From positions 6,695,360-6,759,359 of the forward strand of contig NC_043019.1 of NCBI RefSeq assembly GCF_006345805.1: 64,000 bases of DNA. Reading direction: 5' to 3'. The position numbers and the translations under genes were made by a program. The first letter of the stretch is position 1, and each line of letters begins with the position of its first letter. The DNA comes from Octopus sinensis. Lineage: Eukaryota. The notes below the pieces were generated by a model, which made no database searches, was not told where the DNA came from, and saw nothing but the letters and a program-made list of their open reading frames with translations. Positions 1 through 12,921 of the stretch are shown here, one piece after another.

Positions 1-1886
1 CTGCAGCTCTTGGTTGTCCAAATCGGATATGCAATCTATGTGGGTGTCTTTTCAATAAATTGTCTGGTTTAAAAAGTCACTCATCAAACGCCATGATGGA
101 TCTAAGATGTAGGTACAAGAGGAAGTCAGCGAACCGCCATGTGCGTGTGTATGTCTCTCTCCCTCTCTCTCTGTCAGTGCGTGTGTGTTTGTGCGCGCAT
201 GCCTGTGTCCTCCATCACTGATTTACTGCCACTGTTGCAGTTTGTATATCTGCATATTAGCGGTTCGGCTAAACTGGTGCCACAGTTTAATGACCGAAGC
301 TAGTAAAATTAAAAGAAAGAAACACCAAACATTTTTGAAGAGAATTCCAATACTTAATACGCGTTACTTATTAGTTATCATAATGATTGATTTTTTCCGC
401 AAGTAAAGTCTAATCGGTCGGGCTATAATCAATAACATGTCATAACGACCATTTTGAAAGTAGAAGATATCAACTATGTTGCAGATAACGATTAACCCCT
501 ATTAAACACTGATTAAACAGACTTATACTCAAAAGCGCCTCAGCCACGACCATCCGACATGCTAGAGATATCTGGGCTCACAGTATGTAATCAAAAAAAG
601 AAAAACGACAAAGTTGTGATTTGTGATTTTGAATCTAATTTCTCTGCTATTTCTAGCACGTCCTGCAACCATATTCAGGCTACGTTTCCTGCAATAATTG
701 ATCTCTCCTTAAGCAAGTTCATTTAATCCCATTTTTTGCAGAATCTTATCCACGAAATAAACCATCATCCACAATTTTCTTTCATTTCGCTTCATTGTAA
801 TTTTCAAAATTTCATTTTATTTTATTTTTGCCAGAATATTTTTCTTATTTCTTATTTATTTACTGTTATTATTATTTTTTTTTAGGTAATTTTCATTTTC
901 GTTTTCTCATTATCGATGCGAAGCGATAATATTCCTATTCTTAGTCTGCTAATAACTACTTTATTCTTCCAATGAATACCATTATTGCTTCGAGCTGCAC
1001 ATCATCATCATACCTATTCAGATATTTTTCTTCTATTCTGTACCCTTCACAACCTAACTTTACTTTATTTTTCGCCAGCAATATTAACCCTCCTTTATTT
1101 TTATTTCCTTCAACATCAATCAAGATTCTCTGCCTATCTATCACTCTCTTTCTCCCTCTCGCTTTCTTACTCTCTCTCTCTCTCTCTCTCGCTTCCTCTG
1201 TCTTACTCTATTTTTTTCTATCTGGTCCTTCTCTATCTTTTTTTCTCTCTCATCTAATTCTTTTACAGTATCTTTCACTGCCCCGTATCTCTGTCTCTGC
1301 ATCCGAACCTTTCACTCCCTGCATACACCTCCACACAGAAACAACATTAACTCTCTATGACTCTCTCTCTCTCTCTCTCTCTTTTCTTTCTCTCTCATTC
1401 TCTCTCATTCTCTCCGGGACTCTTTCGCTCATTCTAATTCTGTATTTTAGATTCCACGGCTCTTAGTACGTAATTTACTTACACTAACTGTCTCACTCTG
1501 TGACACTCTTATTATTCTCTTTCTTTCTCTCTTTCCATATCCAAACCCCTCTCTCACTAAAGACCTCCACATTAAGACATTCTTCATTCTGTAATTCTAC
1601 CTAACTCTTCCTCTCAAATTCCTTCTTTTCCTGTATTTAAGCTCTCCTCCATATCTCTGTCTCTCTCTGTAATGAAGTTTCCCTTTCTCATTATCTATTT
1701 CAAACTCTCTTCCCATCTCTATTATATTCAGATAGAATAAAGAGACATCACTCTATCTAAAATCCTCCCTTTCTCTAATACAGGATCTTTCAAAAGTCAG
1801 AATCTATTTTGAGAAATAATTGAAATTATGAAAAACTGGTTTAAATTTGAATAACATATTTAGTCCAAAGTGCATGTTGCAAAGAG

Positions 1887-2905
1887 TTAGTCCTCAACAT
1901 GGTGACCATTAGTGTTTCTACAAAGCTCAAAGCGATAAATTGCTTCCTGTAACACACTTTGCTGTATTTGGCATTTTACGTTTTGCAGTATATCAGTAAT
2001 AAGATTTTGAGATTCGGCTACATCTCTAATTCTTCTATTGGCGGGCAGCATAGATTTAATGAACCCCAAAGCGAAAAACATCCCATGATGTCAAAACGGG
2101 TGAGCGTACTCACCACGCTTATGTTCCGCCATGACCTGTCGAACAAGGGAAACGCCTGTGAAGATAAATAAGTAACGGCATGGTATTCCATTCTGTGTCC
2201 AGAATGTCTTCTGTAAGAAGTTGAGGCTCGAGGAATTGTCTGAGTGTATCAAGAGATATAGTTCCTGTGGCGTAGTCTCTGCGAAGAAGAAAGAACCATT
2301 CACATTTGATTAAAGTGTACCAAGCCAAACATTCTTTTTCGTGTATCTCGCTCCTATACAAGAAATTTATTTGGCTTCTCGCATCTTCGAATACGATAAT
2401 TATGACGATTAAACTTTACACATGTCTGAGAGGTCACTTCATCATCGAACAGAATTTTGGTGATTAAATCGGCACTTTCATTTTTATCAATAAGCTCAGC
2501 ATAAATCCGTGATCTTCGTAGATAATCCTCTTCTTGTAAAAAACTCGAATGTGATAAGCTCTTTTTTTTCTGTTTTTTTTTTAAAGATCACTTCGTAGTA
2601 TTCCGTGATTTGATTCACGGAGAATTTCTAACGTGCTACCTACTCTACGAGTCGATAATTGCAGATTTTGTTCAAATGCTACTCGAACCAATTCGATCCT
2701 TTTTCCAGATTTTCATGGACGTCCAGTTCTAATGATGTGGTGCAGAGACCTAGTTTTCTGAAATTTCATTCACAGCTTACGGATAGATTTACCTGTTTGA
2801 CCTTTCATACGAAACATTCTTCTCAGGTTAATTTCTAATTTCTTCACATTTCAGACTCTTAATCTTCCATATTACCACAAGACACGCTACTTTCACGTCC
2901 ACCAT
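1887..2905 (-). pseudogene. Degenerate near-full-length Tc1/mariner transposase (DUF4817-HTH plus DDD/E type, rosa/maT-like)
   Basis: Minus-strand translation across stops and frameshifts gives KFQKTRSLHHIIRTGRP, KILFDDEVT (cf. IVFSDEATF), FNRHNYRI (cf. VNRHNVRIW), TGTISLDTLRQFLEPQL, RRFP..GHGGT*AW*VRSPVLT (cf. RWIGRGGPIAWPPRSPDLT) and EAIYRFELCRNTNGHHVED* (cf. YRLDVCRATNGAHIE). The motifs are in the correct order. Confidence 0.9.
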
Positions 2906-3094
2906 CAGTTATTTGCGTCTGAAAAACACAAAAAAAGCAACAGAATTATCGAGACAAATAAAGAAAGCTATACTATTGTTTATAAAAAAATATCGAATAT
3001 CACTGAAATAGGCAATGAATCTTGAGACACGGTATATGTGTGTATGTGTACCTATGCATACATAGGTACATACATATACATATATATATATATA

Positions 3095-3135
<41 letters not shown>

Positions 3136-3233
3136 GATTTTATATACAGTCATTAAAAGAATTTTACATTAATCTCATGGGTTACTCTATAGATTGTAGA
3201 GTACAAATATATTATTCTTACACAAGAATGGCT

Positions 3234-3340
3234 TTGACAGTGACTTTCGAAGATTCGGTCAGCTAAGCCATCGTCGGATTATCGGATGTTATTCCGGCGA
3301 CGGTTTAGCTGTCTGGCGGAAACTTCGAAGCCACTGTCAA
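3234..3340. repeat. Imperfect inverted repeat / hairpin (old MITE-like)
   Basis: Left arm ttgacagtgactttcgaag..cagctaagccatcgtcgga pairs with right arm tccggcgacggtttagctg..cttcgaagccactgtcaa. Confidence 0.75.
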
Positions 3341-3477
3341 CAACATTCCTGTTTAAGAATAAGATACATACATACATATATATATATATACATGTAAAGA
3401 GAGATAGATAGATTGATAGTTATATATATATGTGTGTATATATATACTTATATACTTATATGTGTGTGTATGGTTTC

Positions 3478-3650
3478 AGGTTTCAGTCATCAGACACCAG
3501 CCATACTGGGGCACAACCCTGAAGAATGTTCCGTAGTACAATTCGACTCCTGCATTTAGTTTTTAAGCTTGGTCCTGAAATTAATGATCCCTTTTACCGA
3601 TCAATTAAGTTAAACACCAACACCGGTTTTATGCGGTGTTGGGAGGACAA
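3478..3650 (-). mobile_element. SINE family S2, 3' part (diverged)
   Basis: Similar to the ttcagtcatttgactgcggccatgctggagcaccgcc...ggacaaacac segment of other copies (20705, 54358). Confidence 0.7.
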
Positions 3651-3681
3651 ACACACACACACGTACACACACATACACACG

Positions 3682-3773
<92 letters not shown>

Positions 3774-3974
3774 TACATATATAGACAGATATATATACGA
3801 TTGAACCTTGGGAGGGGCATTATGCTGGTAATAATAAACACACGCACTGGTTCGATCCTTTATTTTTATTGTTAGTTAATGGGTTAGTTACTCCGTTAAT
3901 AAATATATCGATCAGCCGTTTTTTTACTAGTTTTTCAAACTCATATGTTTAACACTTTGGTCAAACACGAACTA

Positions 3975-4138
3975 TAAACTCTTCTATTTTCTCTCTCTCC
4001 TTATTTCTGTGTTCCTTTCCGTTGAAGAGCGTAGGCTCGAAACGTAAAAGTCTTTCTCACTTTCCGAGCGTTAAACTAATACATATGTTTGTTGTTTACA
4101 CACCTGTCTTCGTCATTTGTTTTTTTTTATAAATTCAT
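3975..4138 (+). mobile_element. Short Penelope-like element end, family B (hammerhead-bearing)
   Basis: Shares gaagagcgtaggctcgaaacgtaaaa...gagcgtt..actaatac...cacctgtcttcgtc with the copies at 39215, 46765, 35725 and 59735, and ends in (TA)n. Confidence 0.75.
4015..4050 (+). ncRNA. Hammerhead-like motif, family B (core CCGUUGA, non-canonical)
   Basis: CTTT-CCGTTGA-A-GAGC gtag GCTC-GAAA-C-GT-A-AAAG. Stems I and II pair and stem III is an ACGT palindrome. U4C and A6U substitutions. Confidence 0.6.
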
Positions 4139-4167
4139 ACTATATATGTGTGTGTATATATATATTC

Positions 4168-4332
4168 ACGACAGCTTTCTTTCAGTTTCTGTCTATCAAA
4201 CCCACTCACAAGGCTTTGGTCGATCCGAGGCTATTGTAGAAGACACTTGCCGGAATGTCCACCCGGTAGGACTGAACCGGGAACCATGCCGCTGGGAAGC
4301 AAACTTCTTGCCACACAGTCACGCCTGCGTCA
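4168..4332 (-). mobile_element. SINE family S2, 5' part (tRNA-derived head)
   Basis: Reverse complement reads gcaggcgtgactgtgtggcaagaagtttgcttccc..ggttcagtcc..gcaagtgtcttctacaatagcctcgg..ccaaagccttgtgagtgg. It has A/B-box-like motifs and is repeated across the window. Confidence 0.85.
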
Positions 4333-4859
4333 ATATAAATGTTTAAATCTAAAACCAAAATGGCCACCTGTGGAATGGTTTTCAACTGAAAGCTGATCAT
4401 TTTCGTTTAACCTCAAGCTACGCAATACTAAATAGCAGAGATTTTCTTCTTTTGATTCAAGGTGGATCAAAGAGGACAGAAAGCTATTTGTAGCATTTAA
4501 ATGCCATATAATATCGAGCTTTCGATTCGGGATGGAATAAACATCAGCCATGGGTGTTTCTGGCATGAATACCAAACAACATTTTCGGAGGAGGGGATGA
4601 AATAAAGAAAAACCATGGCTATTTGTCGCATCAGTTCGTCTATTGATTACAAATGTTCAGGCTGTGTCACATCGAACGAACACACTCTTTTTATATTTAA
4701 ATCTTTGCTGTGTTTCTATCGGTTTAATCTCCAAACATCATCGATGTCTTATATACGTTTAGTTCCTGAATGGATCGAATCAAAGACCATTTATTTCTAA
4801 AGTAATAGCGACAACGCTCTGATCCCGTGCTTCACTGACGCTCACGTATTTGATGCTAT

Positions 4860-5400
4860 TTAGGCTATTAATTTTTTCTTCACTAAAGCCAACCACATTA
4901 AGCTTACTTGAAAAGTATGCTCACTGATTGGACCTTCAGCAAGTCCCTCCATAAGCGTAACCTCTTTGATTTTCCTAAGTATCCTACGTGCTTCTCCATG
5001 AATTATGTAAATTTCATTACATAGTGGTCTGCTTTTTCCTTTTCCCTCGCTTTCCATATTCAGCAATTCCTGACTTTGATGTTTCTCTTCTCATTAGTGG
5101 CTTTTGAAGTCCTTCCATTCTGACTTTTAGGTGTCACCAAATTTCTCCTTTACAAAACGTCCTCCGAATGCTAGAGATGTTACAGATCCATGTCGTATAT
5201 TGGTGACATTCTTGTGTAGGACTAAATTGCGATTCAGTGGAAAACTAATAAATATGGTGTTACATTTGAACCCAGTTTTCATATTTACATTTTACATAGG
5301 ACGTTCTGAAATATCTTTGAAACCTTTTGCAGTAAAACGGAGACACAGTGAAATTCGGTTCGGGGCTTCTGCGTTGGACTTGGGAGTAAGTGTAAGGCTT
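4860..5400 (-). mobile_element. Penelope-like retroelement fossil, linker and GIY-YIG endonuclease C-terminal region
   Basis: Minus-strand translation RISLCLRFTAKGFKDISERPM*NVNMKTGFK..TI resembles the PLE motif LPYIKGLSEKISRI.K..I.T.FK..T. KSRPLCNEIYIIHGEARRILRKIKE resembles H.I.W..VKIL..E..WR.RKIKEA. Confidence 0.65.
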
Positions 5401-5502
5401 GTAGAATGGTCTTAGTGTTTCTTACACAAAAATGAAATGTTCAGGTAATTCATTTCTTCTCTGTGTGTATGTGTGTATATGTGTGTTTTTGAAAATTGCT
5501 GT

Positions 5503-5665
5503 TGGTGTGTTTATGTCCCTGTCATCCAGCGATTCGGCAAAAGAAACCGAAATAATTATTATCAGGCTTACCAAGCAAATATAATTACTTGTGTCAATTT
5601 GTTGGATTTAAACTCTTCAAGGCCGTACCTCAGCACGGCCGTAATCATATGACTGATTAAAAGAA
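5503..5665 (+). mobile_element. SINE family S2, 3' part
   Basis: gttggtgtgtttatgtccc..ttcggcaaaag..cagcacggccgtaatcatatgactga matches the tails of other copies. Confidence 0.75.
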
Positions 5666-6779
5666 ATGAAGAATAAAAGAATAAAAGTATAAAGGATTAA
5701 GCTGATACAATGTTTAAGAATGCTGTAGAATACGTTTAATTTCTCTCTTATTATACATCTATTTAAAGAAAGTTATTCTCATAGAATCAAAGGGGAAGAT
5801 ACTCGAATCTTAACTGAAGTTCACTGGCATAGAGCTCTGTTTGTTTTCATCTTCAAAATGACTATAATTGACGAAGTAAATATTATGGAACATGGCCAAT
5901 TTTTCTAGTGCCAGTGCGAAAAATATATTTATTCTATTGTTTAATGAGCGCATTGTATATGCAGTGTTATGTGCGAATCTGGATTCTATGGCCGCCTGCA
6001 CCAAGACTAAATAAAGTAGCAATCGGAATCGGTAAATTGTCGGAATTCCTAAATACTCAGAGGATTTGACTTGTAGTATATCTAACCTGGATCTTGATGC
6101 TCTGACCTCAAATTCCGCAGACGAGTAACTCGAAACTCATGATTATGACAAAATATTTCAAACACTGACTGAAAAACCTCAAAGCAGACCATAAGAGACT
6201 GAGCCATCGGGGGCATCTTTCTGCAATTATTAACACCTATCACAGTATGGACAAAGTTACACCATGGATACAAGGAACATCGGAGGCCAAAATCCTGCTA
6301 TGATCGAAATATCGATTATTTCTCCAAACTAATAAAATTTCTTACCAAATTAATCCTGGAGATTCAGAATCTAGATTCACCTTCAAACTTTGTCAAAGAC
6401 TAAACATAAACAGGAACGACATCGGAATCACTGCAATTCGATCTCGTGTAACACATATGAAAAAAAAGTCTCAGTATTAGATAGCATTTATTTGGCTGTT
6501 TCAGCAAATCATTAATTAAACATTTTAATTTTCTCTCTTATTAAAATATTTTTACCAGGAAGGAAATATTCTTCCAACGTTTCTTTCATTCGAAACATAT
6601 TCAAAAAGAATTACCATAACCAGAGGAGAAATAACGAGTAGCCACGTGACTAACACCGTCCTCTCCTCAACGCCAACACTACAAGCGACTCGCAGAACAA
6701 TGGAATTACCATTCTGGCACCATTCAACACCACACCACACCACATCAACATAAACAATAACTACACCACCGACTAACAC

Positions 6780-7220
6780 GGCATCTTATTAATAATAACA
6801 AAAACACAAGAAATAAAACAAGAAGCAAACACTACGATGGCGGCTAACACCAGCAGCAGCACCACCACCACCACCAACACTAACAACACAGCTACCAACA
6901 ACAACACCAGCACCACCGTTGGCAGCCACACCACCGTTGGCAGCCACACCACCGTCACCATTACGACCACGGCCACCAAAACCAGCACGATCGCGACTAT
7001 CGACACCTCCTACCCCACCATCAGCCCCACCACTACTACCACACGCACCACCACATCCGCCACCACGGCCCTACCCTCGCAACAACACCACCATCACCAA
7101 TATCACCGCCATAACCATCACCATCACCATTATTGCTGCTAATAATGCTGCTGCCGATTCTTTTGCCAATATTAATAACTTAAATATTAATATTATTATT
7201 ACTACGTATAATAGAGTCAC

Positions 7221-7307
<87 letters not shown>

Positions 7308-7400
7308 TACGTATAATAGAGTCACTATAATTATTATTATTATTGTTATTATTATTATTATTATTATTATCATTATTATCATTATTATCATTATTACTCT
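6780..7400. repeat. Compound (ACC/CAC)-rich then (ATT)n microsatellite, with a 22-bp unit (actacgtataatagagtcacta) duplicated at 7201 and 7306
   Basis: Directly visible. Confidence 0.9.
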
Positions 7401-7529
7401 TGTTGTTGTTGTTATAGTTGTACTTGCCGTTCATTATGTTATTAATCAAGTCGTTATCAACATTTTGAAAATCACACGAGGAGAAAAAAGAGAAAGGGTT
7501 TGCATTATAGTAAATTCGCTGAAATTTAA

Positions 7530-7770
7530 GAGGGAGAGAGAGAGAGATAGTAGGAGAGAGACAAACAGACAGACACAGGGATAGAGAGGGGGTATGAGTG
7601 AGGGAGGGAGACAAACAGAGAGAGGGACAGAGAGAGAGACAGAGATACAGAGAGAATGAGAGAGACAGACAGATAGACTGAGGGACAGAGAGAAACAGAT
7701 AGAGAGAAAGACAATCAGAGGGAGGGAGGGAGAGTGAGTTTGTGTGTATGTGTGTGTGTGTGTATTTGTG

Positions 7771-7801
<31 letters not shown>

Positions 7802-7812
7802 TGTGTGTGTGA
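7530..7812. repeat. (GA)-rich and (GT)n microsatellites
   Basis: Directly visible. Confidence 0.9.
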
Positions 7813-8104
7813 CAAATGTGCGGCTGATGTGACAGTATTGTGTCACAAATATTAAATTTCGTTCTTGAAGAATATACAGGTATTTGTGGAATGAAGATTA
7901 CTTTGCAAGAGATATATACATCCTTATAACCAGTATTTATGCTGAGTCTTACCTTTCGTCCTCTCGGGGCAAATAAAATAAGTTCTACCTAAGCACCTAA
8001 GTACCACCTAGTCCGCGGTAATTAACTCACCCTCCACCACCACCATCACCAGAAATTAGGGACATCTACCACAGTTTGAAATCGCTATCGTCATTCTTAA
8101 TAAG

Positions 8105-8184
8105 TGCTGACGTTGATGACGTTGATGATGATGAGGAAGAAGGACGACTATGATGATGGCGGCGATGATGATGATGACGACGAC

Positions 8185-8228
<44 letters not shown>

Positions 8229-8280
8229 CGACGACGACAATGATGATGATGATGTTGATGATTATGATGGCGATGGTGAC

Positions 8281-8320
<40 letters not shown>

Positions 8321-8364
8321 GCGGTGATGATGATTATGAAGATGAAGATGAAGATGAAGATGGC

Positions 8365-8407
<43 letters not shown>

Positions 8408-8654
8408 GCGGTGATGATGATTATGAAGATGAAGATGAAGATGAAGATGGCGATGATGATGTTGATGTTGATGGTGATGGTGGTGGTGATAATGTTGATG
8501 ATGATGATGATGACGATGATGATGATGATGATGATGGCTATGACGATGATGATGATGTTGATGGTGATGGTGGTGATGGAGATGGCGATGATGATGTTGA
8601 TGATGATGATGATGATGATGATGATGTTGATGATGGTGTAGGTGATGGCGATAT

Positions 8655-8689
<35 letters not shown>

Positions 8690-8700
8690 GTAATTACCAT
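8105..8700. repeat. Degenerate (GAT)n trinucleotide repeat with an internal ~50-bp duplication
   Basis: Directly visible. It explains the poly-D, poly-M, poly-H and poly-I ORFs. Confidence 0.95.
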
Positions 8701-9605
8701 GAGAATGAAGAGGATGCTGGAGGATGGGCGTGGGGTGGGGGTGATGATCAGTGTTGTGTGTCAGTTTTATAGAATGAATAACTATCGACATTAATGCCAT
8801 CTATCGACTGAAACGAGCAAGGCCTCAGCACCGGCACCTTCAGCAGCACAACAACAACAACAACAATAACAAAAACAGCAACAAAAAATCGACAAGACCA
8901 ATGTCAGCGCCGTCGCTACTTGCCCCTGCGAATACTACAAACAACAACAAAAAGAAGAAGAATAACAACAACAACAACAACAACGGCAACAGGAAGTATA
9001 TGGCTTCTAATTGGCGAATCAGAAAGGAAGAGGGAAGAAAAGAGAATACGGAAAGAATATAAATTGTGCGAAGGAGCAAATGAAAGAAAGGAAGGAAATT
9101 AGAAGTGGGAGGGGAGTAAAAAAGAGGGGGATAAAACAATGCGTAATTTATCGGAGAAGGAGTAAGAGGGAGAGGGGAAGAAAATACGTGAAGGAGGATG
9201 AAGCGGGGGTGGGGGCGGACAAAGAATTAAAAAAGAAAACAAACGAAACACATCAGCAGTAATTACTAAGATGGCGACGAGAAAGAAGAGGGTGAAAGTT
9301 GTTTTGCGGGAGAAGAGGATGGCCGTTAGATCAACAACAGCAATAAGATCGTCAAGAGGCTGAAGTAATTAACTCTAATTAGACGGTAACATTTCTAATG
9401 ACATGGCTGTCAACAGCATTAACTCAAAATTCTTTAGAATCCACTAAGGGTTACATCACCGAAGATTATAAACATACATTGATTAATACCTTACATGCAT
9501 AGATATAATATGTATATATGTACATATGTGAGTGTGTATATATATATATATATATATATACGTCTATATATATATATATGTATATATGTGTGTGTACATA
9601 TGTGA

Positions 9606-9637
<32 letters not shown>

Positions 9638-9647
9638 GCATATATAC

Positions 9648-9689
<42 letters not shown>

Positions 9690-9904
9690 TATATATATAT
9701 GGGAAGAGAGATAGATAGTTGAGGGGATATACACATATGTTTACACACTATGTATGTGTGTGTATGTATGTGTGTGTGTGTATGTACATTACCATTGAAA
9801 AGTCTGAATGCAAGGATGAAATTCAGTATTATAAAAAATTAATATATTATGAGATATTTGTAAATTATGATTCGTAAATAAAGAAATTAATGAAGGCGCA
9901 GGAA

Positions 9905-10235
9905 GCAATCCAGTGAAGCGACTCGAAGAAGTTCGTCTCTATGCGCCTTGTCAGTTATTGATAGAGAGAGACAGAAAAAATCTTAGAATTTACTCCTTAG
10001 AAAGAAGGCGGGACATATATGCATTGATAGACATCTGTAAAATGCTAGAAGGACTTTACCAAACTTCGGCTTTTGTATCTTACTCAAACAGCAGAAAGGG
10101 GCGCCCCTGCATACTGCCAAATATCTCAACATTGCCTTCAGGCCTAGATACTTCAACAGGTTGGGTTTCAAGTGCCCACAACGCTTCAATATCCTCTCAC
10201 GGTTACTGCTCGATATTCCGATAGGATGTTGCACC
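9905..10235 (+). mobile_element. LINE 3' fossil (CR1/L2-group RT C-terminus)
   Basis: NLRIYSLERRRDIYALIDICKMLEGL, then after a frameshift RYFNRLGFKCPQRFNIL. These resemble the CR1/L2-group motifs L.LYSLERRRERY.II..WKIL.GL and NSL...GP.LFN.LP. Confidence 0.8.
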
Positions 10236-10645
10236 ATGCACTTCGGCAAAATGTGTGGAAACAACAAATAAAGACACAAGGCTTGCAGCTGAATATACTT
10301 CGCTTTAGGGTAAATGGCAAGGAAGATATCTTCAAATGAACTCTAGAGAAAATCCATTGGATTTCTGGATTTAAAACGGAGGGTACAACAGATCAATATT
10401 AAGTGCCAAACAGAAAATAAATAACGTCAGATTACTATGAGAATCTAAGGGAATATGGTAAGAATACGGAAATATAATATTGTTAATATAATTTTGTAAA
10501 CGGCTCGCAGGTAATCGATACTAAATATAAATATAAAAATAATCCATCTTTTCGTCTACAAAATCGATTGCTTTTATAGGACTCTATATTTGTCAGTATA
10601 GTTTTGATCAGGATAGAGAATGTGTATGTATAATGATTTCAAATA

Positions 10646-10830
10646 TTAGCACAAGGCCAGCAATTTCGTGATTATATAGACCCCGTTGTTCAAGTGGTAA
10701 TTACTTTATCGCTCTGAAAATGATAGAAAGCAAGGTCGACGTCGGCGGAATTTGAACTCCCAACGTAGAATACGCAGAAAATGCTGCTAAGCATTCTCCC
10801 CGCTGTGCTAACGATTCTGGCAACTCACTC
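10646..10830 (-). mobile_element. SINE family S1
   Basis: Reverse complement matches gagctggcagaatcgttagc..gagttcaaattccgccgaggtcgactttgcct. Confidence 0.85.
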
Positions 10831-11417
10831 TCTTTTACAATACTAAACCTGGTGTTAAACCTGGTGTGTATTTACGCGCATGTCAATTCTTTTACGTGTG
10901 TACGGCATGTGTCTTTCACATTAATTTAACAGATACTATCTACAAAGTCTTACCTCTCTAACGGATATGGAAATCAATTCCGTAACCTTCAGAAGATATA
11001 GATTATTTATTCAATTAAAAACCATACTTGGAAGCTTCGGTTCTTGTTTTAACTTCGCTCTTCAAAGTCTTACAGATTTTTCGCGTTGAATTAAAATTTT
11101 CTCCTGCAGTAAAAAGGATTGAGATTCTGTTATCTATAGAAAAAGTTAGGATTAAGACAATAACACCCACGTATTAATATCTGCTTCGGAGTGGAGTAAT
11201 ATATAAAACTATTATATAACATTATGCAAAAGAATCACCTAAAATCTTCCGAAATAATACGTATTTATTCGTTTTTAGGACGACATGCGACGCTTGAAAG
11301 ATTAATGCAGCTGAATTCTAAAACAAAAACCCTGAAACCTCTTCAGTAAATATCAGTGGTAGTCCTGTAAAAGCTTTTTAAAAATATTTGTCATAAAATA
11401 GACACATTAAACGGTGA

Positions 11418-11598
11418 GCCCCGCCGGATAAGATGCTTAGCCAGATTTCGTCCGTTTTTATATTCTTAGTTAAAATTTCACCGCATTTGACTTCGCCTTT
11501 TTATTCCTTCAGAGTCGATAAAACGAACATTGTGGTCGATGTAATCAACTTACTGCGTCCTCCAAAATTGCTGGCCTTGTAAATAAATTTGAAACCGT
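11418..11598 (+). mobile_element. SINE family S1 (diverged)
   Basis: atgcttagc..atttcgtccg..gacttcgcc..gagtcgataaa..aattgctggccttgt. Confidence 0.8.
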
Positions 11599-11730
11599 TT
11601 TACACATGCACACATAGAGACACACACACACAGAGATAGAAGAAGACAGGTAGATCGATCGATTGACAGTTCGCTAAATCAATAGATAGTGAGGCAAAAG
11701 CTTAAATAAATCGATTATTGCTATGACATG

Positions 11731-11935
11731 GAGATGCGTGGCTTAGTGGTTCGACTGTTGCGAGTTCAAGTCTGGACCGGTTGATGCGGTGTGTTCTTGA
11801 GCAAAAGTGTACTTTCCTCGCTGCCCCCGTTCACTTAGCTGGCAAAAATGAGTGATCCTGAAACAGACCGGCACACTGAGAGCCTCACAATCCGAGAAAC
11901 CGATCTCATGGCCCTTTCACTCGGAAAGGACCTTT
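11731..11935 (+). mobile_element. SINE family S4 (diverged)
   Basis: gcgtggcttagtggtt..gttcaagtc..gttcttgagcaa..cttagctggcaaaaatgag, similar to the copies at 44561 and 51728. Confidence 0.75.
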
Positions 11936-12651
11936 GATAGTTTTGAACTCCATAACACAAGGAATATAAAGAAACAAAAACATTCATGGCGGTAATATGC
12001 AGGAAACAGCGTCGAAATATTAAACGAAAATAGAACAGCAGCAAAATATAAATCTCGAAAATATATACTCTAAAGAAAAAAAGAAAAAAAATCGATCTAA
12101 CGCATCGGATTATATTCTTTATCAAAAAGAAGTAAAAGTAATAAGAGAAGCGAGAGAAACAGTGAAAACGATACCAAAGTTACGACGTCAATTTTCCAAC
12201 ACGTCACTCACTATGGAGAATCTATTTGTAATACGTTTTGTGTTTCTTGGAATTTTCTTTCTGATTTTGATTTATAGGAATCAAAGAAGTCCTTGAAATT
12301 CCGTGTTCTATTACATATGTTCGACATTTCTAATTCTTACCTTGATGTTATATTTAAAACCCCAAAATATTCCCTGGTTTGGAATAATAAATCAGCGGCA
12401 TTTTCCAATTTTCTTTTATCACATCTCATTTAAATCCTCCAATATGTAGCAAAAAATATTACAACGGTACTAATGAACATGCATATATACAGCCATACAG
12501 ACATACACAAACACACATACGCACACACACACTCACACAAACACCCACCCACCGACACATAAGGGGGTGTAAAAGTAGGTATACAGTTATAAAAAAAAGA
12601 GACGCGTAAATACACATTTATTTTTATGAAAAACATTAAAAGTTTAATAAA

Positions 12652-12686
<35 letters not shown>

Positions 12687-12860
12687 TATTGTTATGATAA
12701 ATGTATTATAATAATTAAAGACACAGAAAATATAAAAAGTGTGGCTATCTAATTTAATCTGCTAATAATTTTAATTTATTAAATATTACAACATTGTGAT
12801 ACTGTACACTTAATTTTGCACCCGAATTTTGCACCCGCATTTTGCACTCGTATATATATA

Positions 12861-12921
12861 TTTGTTTGTTTGTTTTCCACCTGCCTTCGTCTTTTGTCTA
12901 TTTTCATAAAGCTTCCCGTTA
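12861..12921 (+). mobile_element. Family B tail only, between (TA)n tracts
   Basis: ccacctgccttcgtcttttgtctattttcataaagcttcccgtt is near-identical to the tails at 35840-35877 and 46905-46947. Confidence 0.8.

Noticed and set aside
5790-6430. Codon-like unique stretch that could be an old TE ORF
   Set aside because: Every frame is interrupted, and I could not match a motif with confidence.
7201-7328. Duplicated taatagagtcactat(a), which resembles the T7 promoter
   Set aside because: It differs by a deletion and a substitution, has no vector context, and is embedded in (ATT)n. Coincidental.
6552-7815. Thr-, Ile- and His-rich ORFs, including a mucin-like 101-aa ORF
   Set aside because: Explained by ACC/ATT/GA/GT repeats, with no domain or splice support.
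8104-8772. 222-aa poly-Asp ORF resembling acidic molluscan biomineral proteins
   Set aside because: It is a (GAT)n microsatellite, and overlapping frames on both strands are equally open. Single substitutions of GAT cannot create a stop in that frame, so openness carries no information. There is no signal peptide.
12813-12850. Three 13-bp-period copies of attttgcacccg
   Set aside because: A short tandem repeat with no spacers, so not CRISPR-like, and no further context.
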